From an uncultured Alphaproteobacteria bacterium (GTDB lineage: Bacteria > Pseudomonadota > Alphaproteobacteria > Rhizobiales > Beijerinckiaceae), in the NCBI GenBank assembly GCA_963715715.1, contig OY970269.1, positions 1,688,797 through 1,752,796 on the forward strand: DNA of 64,000 bases, in the 5' to 3' direction. The notes under the pieces are model-generated. The model did no database searches. It was not told the origin of the DNA and saw only the letters and a list, made by a program, of their open reading frames with translations. The number at the start of each line of letters is the position of its first letter. Within the stretch, counting starts at the first letter, position 1. This document shows positions 56,268 to 64,000 of the stretch, one piece after another. The position numbers were made by a program, and so were the translations under genes.

Positions 56268-56486
56268 ATGCCGATGCGCGTCGTCAGTCGCCGCCGATCG
56301 CTAACAAAGGCGATAACTTATCGTGTCGTCATCATGACTCTCGATTTCATAACGATTTACATCTTCACCGGCGCGGTGCATGTCGCAGTCGGATTTATGA
56401 TCGTCAGCAACGTTTACACGTCGATCGCTTACGTTTTTCATGAAAGGATCTGGGCGAAAATCCAGTGGGGCGTCGACGAAAAGTGA
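56268..56486 (+). CDS. DUF2061 family small membrane protein
   Basis: RSLTKAITYR, HERIWAKIQWG motifs; RBS GAGGA. Confidence 0.75.
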   Translation: MPMRVVSRRRSLTKAITYRVVIMTLDFITIYIFTGAVHVAVGFMIVSNVYTSIAYVFHERIWAKIQWGVDEK

Positions 56487-56623
56487 CGCATTGGCGACCC
56501 GCCCCACGCGCCGCCCGCGAATCTGTTGCGTTTCGATCCGAGACGGCCCGCATCGGCGCGCATCTGGGGAAGCTTCAACTTTTCAGCCAGGCGCATTCGG
56601 CTTTCCAGTTTCGTCAGGGCAGC

Positions 56624-56652
56624 CTTGACAGTTGTCGGAGGGCCGCCTATCT
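56624..56652 (+). promoter_or_regulatory. Sigma-32 (RpoH)-type promoter of groESL
   Basis: CTTG-N18-CCTATCT, matching alphaproteobacterial CTTG-N17/18-CYTATNT. Confidence 0.6.
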
Positions 56653-56663
56653 ACGGGGCGCTC

Positions 56664-56690
56664 TTGGCACTCACCCGGTGAGAGTGCTAA
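56664..56690. promoter_or_regulatory. CIRCE element (HrcA operator)
   Basis: TTGGCACTC-N9-GAGTGCTAA versus consensus TTAGCACTC-N9-GAGTGCTAA, upstream of groES. Confidence 0.9.
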
Positions 56691-56789
56691 CAGGGCGCCG
56701 TTTCAAACCTGCCGCCGTTTTAAGAGGCGTCCGCGCGCGGAACAAGCGCCAAAAAGAGCGCCTCTTGCGGCCCCAAGAAGGATTAAGAC

Positions 56790-57077
56790 ATGAGCTTTCG
56801 TCCTTTGCACGACCGCGTCGTGGTCAAGCGTCTCGAGGGTGAGGAAAAGACCAAGGGTGGGATCATCATCCCCGACACCGCCAAGGAGAAGCCGCAGGAA
56901 GGCGAAATCGTCGCCGTCGGCCCCGGCGGTCGCGACGACAGCGGCAAGCTGACGCCGCTCGACGTCAAGACCGGCGACAAGATTCTGTTCGGCAAATGGT
57001 CCGGCACAGAGGTCAAGATCGACGGGCAGGACCTGTTGATCATGAAGGAAAGCGACATCCTCGGCATCGTCGCCTGA
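56790..57077 (+). CDS. groES: Co-chaperonin GroES
   Basis: [38 protein letters not shown]. Confidence 0.98.
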   Translation: MSFRPLHDRVVVKRLEGEEKTKGGIIIPDTAKEKPQEGEIVAVGPGGRDDSGKLTPLDVKTGDKILFGKWSGTEVKIDGQDLLIMKESDILGIVA

Positions 57078-57094
57078 CCGCCTCGCCAGAATAA

Positions 57095-58765
<1,671 letters not shown>

Positions 58766-58803
58766 TCGAAATCCTCCCGATCCCTTCCCCAATCCAAACA
58801 ACG

Positions 58804-58832
58804 AAAACCCCGGAGCGATCCGGGGTTTTTTT
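58804..58832 (+). terminator. Intrinsic terminator after groEL
   Basis: AAAACCCCGGA-GCGA-TCCGGGGTTTT stem-loop followed by a T run. Confidence 0.88.
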
Positions 58833-58960
58833 CGTCGCGGGCGCAGCCGCTTGCCCGCGACGGCGCATTATCGCTGTTATTGGCGCGCCCCCGCTTTCCA
58901 AGCGATCAGGATATGCTCTAAGCTCTGTCCGCAAGATTACGGGAGCGGGGGAAAACAGAG

Positions 58961-59317
58961 GTGCGACAGGCGTCGGAGCCGCAACCGGATGCGGCCATTA
59001 TCCGGAGGACGGCGACGCGGGCGGCGCTGCTCGATGCGGTCTACGCCTCGTGCCCGGAGCTTTCGCGGGCGCAGGCGCGCGACATCTTCGAGATGGCGCT
59101 GGAGGAGATCGCCGAAACGCTGGTGCGCGGCGAATGCGTCAAGCTGCGCTCTTTCGGCCTCTTCACGGTGCGCGCCAAACGCGAGCGCGTCGGCCGCAAT
59201 CCGCGCACCGGCGTCGAGGCGCCGATCAAGTCGCGCCGCGTGCTGACCTTCAAGCCCTCGCCGGTGCTGTCGGCCTGCGTCAACGGCCTCGCTGCGGACG
59301 AGAAATCCGCCGACTGA
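58961..59317 (+). CDS. IHF-alpha-like / HU family DNA-binding protein (divergent)
   Basis: VKLRSFGLF, RVGRNPRTG...I..RRVLTFKPS. Confidence 0.82.
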   Translation: MRQASEPQPDAAIIRRTATRAALLDAVYASCPELSRAQARDIFEMALEEIAETLVRGECVKLRSFGLFTVRAKRERVGRNPRTGVEAPIKSRRVLTFKPSPVLSACVNGLAADEKSAD

Positions 59318-59675
59318 AGCGGAGCCGCGCGACTTGCGGCGCCCGCACGCCCCGCATAAAAGGCTCGAATGGCGTTTGCGCCCCGGGGCGCTACAGGTTT
59401 CGGCTTGCGCCCGCAATGGCTCTTCCAAAACCATTACAGACTTTTAAGGTGAGGTCGCGCGCCGAAACCTGTAGCGCTCGGGAGCCAGCCGCGGCGTCGA
59501 TCGCGCCGGATCGGCGGCGGGCGCTCATTCTGGCGTTGATCTTCGCGTCAATCCCGGGGCGAGGCCGCGGCGAAGCGGACGCTTCGTCGACCCGACGCCG
59601 GACAGAATTGCGCATCTTCAACCCGGAGCCGCCGCGACGCCGTCGCGCCGCGGAGCCGCAAAGACAAGGCAAGCC

Positions 59676-61787
59676 ATGCATGTTCTCGCCGCCGTCGTCG
59701 CCATCTTCTCCGTCGCCACCGCGGTCATCGGCGCGACGCATGAAGACGGGATCATCCTGCTCCTCGCCGCGACCGGCCTGCTGTGCGCCTACACCACCTA
59801 TCAAACGCCGAAAATCTCCAGCTTCCTGCGCATCTTCGCGGCGATCTTCGCGATTGAGACGGTCCTCTTCGGCGTCGTCTTCCTGATTGCGCAGGTCGGC
59901 CTTTGGCCCGCCTCGCTGCAGGATTACGCGCTGCCCGAAAGCCTGCCGCTGACCGTCGCGATCTTCGCCATTCTCGTCTATGCGATCTCCTTCGTCCCCG
60001 TCGTGCGGCAGATGACGCGCATCGGCGACCGCTATTTCGACTTCGCGGGACCGACCACGGCGCGCATCAAGCCCTTGCCGTCCTTCAGCATCGACGAGCG
60101 CGTGCTCGCGATCGCGATGGTCGTCTTCCTCGTCGTCGTCAATCAGGCGCAGGTCGGCATGCAGCTTCGGCTGTCCTTCTTCTCGCGCGACTGGTTCAAC
60201 GCGATCCAGAACAAGGATCAGGCGACATTTTGGTCGCAATTGTTCGCTGTCTTCATCCCATGGGCGTTCATCTATATCTGCTCGGCGATTCTCGAATTCA
60301 TCATCGCCTCGACCCTGATCATCCGCTGGCGGCGCTGGCTGACCGAGGACTACGTCGGCCGCTGGCTCGATCGCCACACGCACTACCGGATGTCGCTCGG
60401 CGGCGGCGCCGACAACCCCGACCAGCGCATCTCCGAGGACGTCAACCGCTTCATCAACGGCGGCGAAACCGGCGGCTACGGCATTTACTCTTTTTCGATC
60501 CTGCTCATCTCGACGTTGAGTTCGCTGGTGTCGTTCTCAATTCTGCTGTGGGTGCTCTCGGCCAATTTCACCCTGCCCTATACGACGATCGCCTTCCCCG
60601 GCTTCCTGTTCTGGGTCGCGCTGATCTACGCCGGCGTCGGCACCTGGGTCACCCATCTCATCGGCGGTTCGCTGGTTCAGCTCTCCTTCACGCGGCAGCG
60701 CTATGAGGCCGACTTCCGTTTCTCGCTGGCGCGCTTACGCGAATACGCCGAGCAGGTCGCGCTGCTGAAGGGCGAGAATTCGGAAAAACATTCGCTGCGC
60801 GAGCGCTTCGCCGCCATCATCGGAAATTATTTCCAGATCGTCGCCGTGCGCAAAAACCTGATCGGCTTCACCTCCTTCTACGGACAGCTGAGCCCGATCA
60901 TTCCCTATATCGTCGCGGCGCCGTTTTACTTCGCCGGCAAGATCACCCTCGGCGTGATGACGCAGACCGCGCGCGCCTTCGGCAGCGTCAACGAAGCGCT
61001 GACCTTCTTCGTCAATTATTACGTCTCGCTCGCCGATTTCAAAGCCGTGCTCGATCGCCTCACCTCCTTCGATTCCTCGATCGAGGCGGCGCAGAAGCCC
61101 GCCGAAGCCGCGGCGTCCGCCGCCGCGGCGGACGCCGGCGCGCACGAGCATATCGGCCTCGAAACCGTGACGGTGCGCCTGCCCGACGGGCGCGTCATCC
61201 TCAAGGATGCGACGCTGCGCCTCGCCGCGCGGGAATCGACGCTGGTCAGCGGCCCCTCCGGCTCCGGCAAATCGACCCTGCTTCGCACCATCTCCGGCAT
61301 CTGGCCGTTCGGCGACGGCGCCGTCGCCAAGCCCGCCGACGCGAGCGTGATGCTGCTGCCGCAAAAGCCTTATATTCCGATCGGCGCTCTCATCGCCGCC
61401 GTCACCTATCCGGCCCCGCCCGAGACCTATGGCGAAGACGCCGTGCGCGCCGCCCTTCGCTCTGCGAACCTGCCCGACCTCGTCGACCAGCTGCATGTCG
61501 AGGACAATTGGGGACAGCGCCTTTCGGGCGGCGAAACGCAGCGCCTCGCCATCGCCCGCGCATTGCTGGCGAAGCCCGACTGGCTGTTTCTCGACGAGGC
61601 GACGACGGCGCTCGACGAAGCCATGGAGGCGAAAATCTACGGCGTTCTGTTCACCGAACTGCACGGGACGACGATCGTCTCGATCGGCCATCGCTCGAGC
61701 CTGCTCGATATCCACCAGCGTCACATCGAGCTGCAGCCGGACGGCGCCGGCGGTTCGAAAATCTCAGAGAAGACGGTCGTCGCTTGA
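59676..61787 (+). CDS. YddA/ABCD family ABC transporter permease-ATPase with extended membrane N-terminus
   Basis: DNPDQRISED, EADFRFSLAR, GPSGSGKST, LSGGETQR, LFLDEAT, SIGHR all intact. Confidence 0.88.
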   Translation: MHVLAAVVAIFSVATAVIGATHEDGIILLLAATGLLCAYTTYQTPKISSFLRIFAAIFAIETVLFGVVFLIAQVGLWPASLQDYALPESLPLTVAIFAILVYAISFVPVVRQMTRIGDRYFDFAGPTTARIKPLPSFSIDERVLAIAMVVFLVVVNQAQVGMQLRLSFFSRDWFNAIQNKDQATFWSQLFAVFIPWAFIYICSAILEFIIASTLIIRWRRWLTEDYVGRWLDRHTHYRMSLGGGADNPDQRISEDVNRFINGGETGGYGIYSFSILLISTLSSLVSFSILLWVLSANFTLPYTTIAFPGFLFWVALIYAGVGTWVTHLIGGSLVQLSFTRQRYEADFRFSLARLREYAEQVALLKGENSEKHSLRERFAAIIGNYFQIVAVRKNLIGFTSFYGQLSPIIPYIVAAPFYFAGKITLGVMTQTARAFGSVNEALTFFVNYYVSLADFKAVLDRLTSFDSSIEAAQKPAEAAASAAAADAGAHEHIGLETVTVRLPDGRVILKDATLRLAARESTLVSGPSGSGKSTLLRTISGIWPFGDGAVAKPADASVMLLPQKPYIPIGALIAAVTYPAPPETYGEDAVRAALRSANLPDLVDQLHVEDNWGQRLSGGETQRLAIARALLAKPDWLFLDEATTALDEAMEAKIYGVLFTELHGTTIVSIGHRSSLLDIHQRHIELQPDGAGGSKISEKTVVA

Positions 61788-61846
61788 ACGGGCCGGACGG
61801 CGGACGGCGTGCGGCGACGGTCGGAACACCGACGCAGCCGGCCGGC

Positions 61847-62515
61847 ATGGCGCTCGGCCCATCGCTGCTCGATTTTCTCGCAAGCGAAGAGGGAAGCGAG
61901 CTTCGCGCGCGCTTTTCGGAACGGACGCTCGGCAAGGGCGCGCTGTTTCGCAACGAGGAGGGGCGCGACCGCGTGCTTGTCGTCCGCTCGGGCCGGGTGC
62001 GGGTCTATCTTTCAACGCCGGAGCGCGAACTCAGCCTGTCCTATCTCGGCCCGGACGATATTTTCAGCACCCATACGCGGGCGCATCTCGCCGCGGTCGA
62101 GCCGACGGCGCTGCTGCTCGCCGACCGTTCGGCGCTTGAGCGCGACCTCGGCCGCTACCCGGCGCTGCGCGCCGCCATTATCCGCGTGCTCGCCCGCATG
62201 CTGGCCCAGACGATGACGGTGATCGAGGACCTCGCCTTCCACGACGTGCGCGGCCGCATCGCGCGCTATCTGCTGCGCTACGCCGGCCGCAACGGCGCTC
62301 CGATCCAGGCGGGCGGGCTCATTCGCGTCGATCTCAATATGGAGGAGATCGCCGCCCTTCTCGGCGCGACGCGGCAGACGGCGTCGACGGAATTCAACGC
62401 GTTGATCCGCGCCGGCGTCATCGAGCGGCGCGACCGCGGACGCTTCGCCCTGCTCGATCCGAAGCGCCTTCAGGCGATCGCCGGCATCGAAAATGATCAG
62501 CTGTCGGCTGGCTGA
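61847..62515 (+). CDS. cooA: CO-sensing heme transcription factor CooA (Crp/Fnr family)
   Basis: 222 aa; IFSTHT (His76 at the heme-ligand position), IEDLAFHDVRGRIA C-helix, EEIAALLGATRQTAST HTH, each matching CooA. Confidence 0.8.
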   Translation: MALGPSLLDFLASEEGSELRARFSERTLGKGALFRNEEGRDRVLVVRSGRVRVYLSTPERELSLSYLGPDDIFSTHTRAHLAAVEPTALLLADRSALERDLGRYPALRAAIIRVLARMLAQTMTVIEDLAFHDVRGRIARYLLRYAGRNGAPIQAGGLIRVDLNMEEIAALLGATRQTASTEFNALIRAGVIERRDRGRFALLDPKRLQAIAGIENDQLSAG

Positions 62516-62517
62516 CA
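62502..62517. promoter_or_regulatory. CooA binding box upstream of cowN
   Basis: TGTCG-GCTGGC-TGACA = TGTC(A/G)-N6-(C/T)GACA; centred about 30 nt upstream of TAAACC (62539-62544). Confidence 0.75.
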
Positions 62518-62568
62518 GACGCGCCGCGCGGCCCCGCCTAAACCCATGGCGACCACCCGGAGGGCGCG

Positions 62569-62841
62569 ATGGGCAAATTCGACCGCTATGTGAGTTTCAA
62601 GAACGCTGACTGGCAAGGCGGATCGGATCGCGTCATGGCCGGACTGAAAGCCCATATCGAGGCCGGCGACAGCGCATTCTGGCCCTATTTCCAGCGCCAG
62701 AGGGAGCTCGCCCACGCGCGCGGGCTCGATGATTTGCGCGTCCTGCACAATTTCCTGCCAACGCTGCGCGAGCTGCTTGAAGAGCTCGGCGACGCGGCGA
62801 CCCTCGCCCTTCTCGAAGATCTCGAAGAGACGTGTATGTGA
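62569..62841 (+). CDS. cowN: N2-fixation sustaining protein CowN (CO protection of nitrogenase)
   Basis: 90 aa; DRYVSF, FW.YF and C-terminal [10 protein letters not shown]; RBS GGAGGG; directly downstream of cooA. Confidence 0.8.
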   Translation: MGKFDRYVSFKNADWQGGSDRVMAGLKAHIEAGDSAFWPYFQRQRELAHARGLDDLRVLHNFLPTLRELLEELGDAATLALLEDLEETCM

Positions 62842-62926
62842 GCCCGTGCGGGCATAGACGGCGATGCGCTTTATCGTCCCCTCATCCTCGTGCGCGAGGA
62901 TGCGGCGGCGCAACGCGAAATCGCGT

Positions 62927-63715
62927 TCACAACGCCTTCGCGCCAGCCTCCTCCAGGATCGCCGATAGCGCCCCCGGACCCACCTTCACCGTGCCCGCGA
63001 AGGGATGGTCGATGGCGACGATGACGAGCAGGCCTGAGAAAATCATGGCGCAGAGCGCGCCAGCCATCACCATTTGCGCGCGAATATTTTGCGTGCCAAA
63101 AAAGAAGGTGAAGGCGACGGTGAGGGCGGCGCCGCCAAACAGCACGCACCAAATGACGCCGGGAACGATGCCGGACGCCAGCACGAGCCTGCCGCGGCGC
63201 GCCTGCGTCACCTGGTCGAGCTGGTAGAGAACCTCTGTCAACAGCGCCGCGCCGCGCGCGTCGGAAGGCCTGTAGGTCAACACTGCGTCATAGACGCCAT
63301 CGAGGGCGCGGGTCACGGCGAGGCTGGCCCGACCGCGCTCCATTGCCGGCCACTCCTCATTGATCGCAGCGTTGAGGTAGGAGGTCATCGCCGTGCTAAG
63401 CGCCGCGCCCGGCTCGCCTCCGATCCCTTCGGCGAGCCGATAGATCGTCGCGGCCGCGCCCGCCTCCTGCGCGACGCTCTTGTCGGCGTCGTTGAATTTC
63501 TCCCAGACGACGATCACGGCGAAAGCGAGCAGCACCGCGTAGAGAACGCCGACCGTCGCAAATTTGAAGCCGGCGACCTCATTGTTGGTCTTCAGCCTGT
63601 CAAGCGCCACGAACCGGCGCACGAGAACCGGTCCGCTCATCGCGACCAGCACAGGCAAAACGACAAGAAGGAGGGCGGACAGCCACAGCGGCCGAGTGGT
63701 CAGGAAAAAGATCAT
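62927..63715 (-). CDS. DUF4239 / bestrophin-like membrane protein
   Basis: NNEVAGFKFATVGVLYAVLLAF.VI.VWE, IVAIDHPFAG.VKV motifs. Confidence 0.78.
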   Translation of the reverse strand: MIFFLTTRPLWLSALLLVVLPVLVAMSGPVLVRRFVALDRLKTNNEVAGFKFATVGVLYAVLLAFAVIVVWEKFNDADKSVAQEAGAAATIYRLAEGIGGEPGAALSTAMTSYLNAAINEEWPAMERGRASLAVTRALDGVYDAVLTYRPSDARGAALLTEVLYQLDQVTQARRGRLVLASGIVPGVIWCVLFGGAALTVAFTFFFGTQNIRAQMVMAGALCAMIFSGLLVIVAIDHPFAGTVKVGPGALSAILEEAGAKAL

Positions 63716-63762
63716 GTTGGCTAAGCTCTCCCCACGCGAGCCCCCCTGTTTTGAAATCCGCG

Positions 63763-63866
63763 CTGAAGCATTTCCCATCGAATCGGAAAACAGCTTCCAT
63801 TTTATTTTTTATCGCATTTTCTTCATGCGAACCGGCGAGGCGTCCGCTTCGCCCGAAATTCTCTAG
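63763..63866. repeat. TAGAG-type palindromic intergenic repeat, related variant (copy 4)
   Basis: On the minus strand starts at a CTAG stop: CTAGAGAATTTCGGGCGAAG...CCGGTTCGCATGAAGAAAATGCG, then an imperfect AGC.TTTTCC hairpin. Confidence 0.55.
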
Positions 63867-64000
63867 TCGTTCTTGCCCCAGGCGAGCCTGATCGTGAATT
63901 CGGGCGAGGCTTCGGCGCCGACGACCCAGAGGTCGCATTCCTGGCTCAGCGTCGCGCCAAACTCGATCTCGATTTTGTCCGGCCGTTTCGGCAGGGCGTC
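63863..64000 (-). CDS. 3' end of a Trypco1-like (CU044_2847 family) protein, truncated by the window edge
   Basis: ...LPKRPDKIEIEFGATLSQECDLWVVGAEASPEFTIRLAWGKND* resembles the P..VEVEFG..L...........F.V.L.W pattern. Confidence 0.6.
   Translation of the reverse strand, partial: DALPKRPDKIEIEFGATLSQECDLWVVGAEASPEFTIRLAWGKND

Overview
A 64 kb GC-rich chromosomal segment of an alphaproteobacterium (Hyphomicrobiales; gene content suggests Beijerinckiaceae/Methylocystaceae, by inference). It is mostly core genes: radA-cvpA-purF, xseA, murI, trmJ, pdxY, tRNA-Leu(CAA), leuC, rplS, infC, rppH, ctpA-envC, glmM, cpoB-tilS-ftsH, pal, moxR-DUF58-DUF4159, cca and groES-groEL with a CIRCE element. Small accessory inserts lie between them. 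(1) A glucan-hydrolase region (GH3, GH144-like, fungal-type GH15) surrounds an ABC transporter whose ATPase motifs are all degenerate. (2) A phasin is fused to a CsbD domain. (3) An orphan two-gene contractile-injection-system module (tail tube plus spike) sits between xseA and murI with no sheath or baseplate. (4) A cooA-cowN module has a CooA box overlapping the cooA stop codon, suggesting CO sensing and nitrogenase protection. (5) A Trypco1-like gene is cut by the window end. A family of CTAG-bounded palindromic intergenic repeats occurs four times. About ten genes, including essential ones (infC, ftsH, cca), carry single-base indels that are mostly +1. These are most simply sequencing or assembly errors, so frameshift-based claims need re-sequencing. 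No CRISPR array, rRNA, integrase or transposase was found. All family assignments are from motif recognition by eye; no database searches were run.
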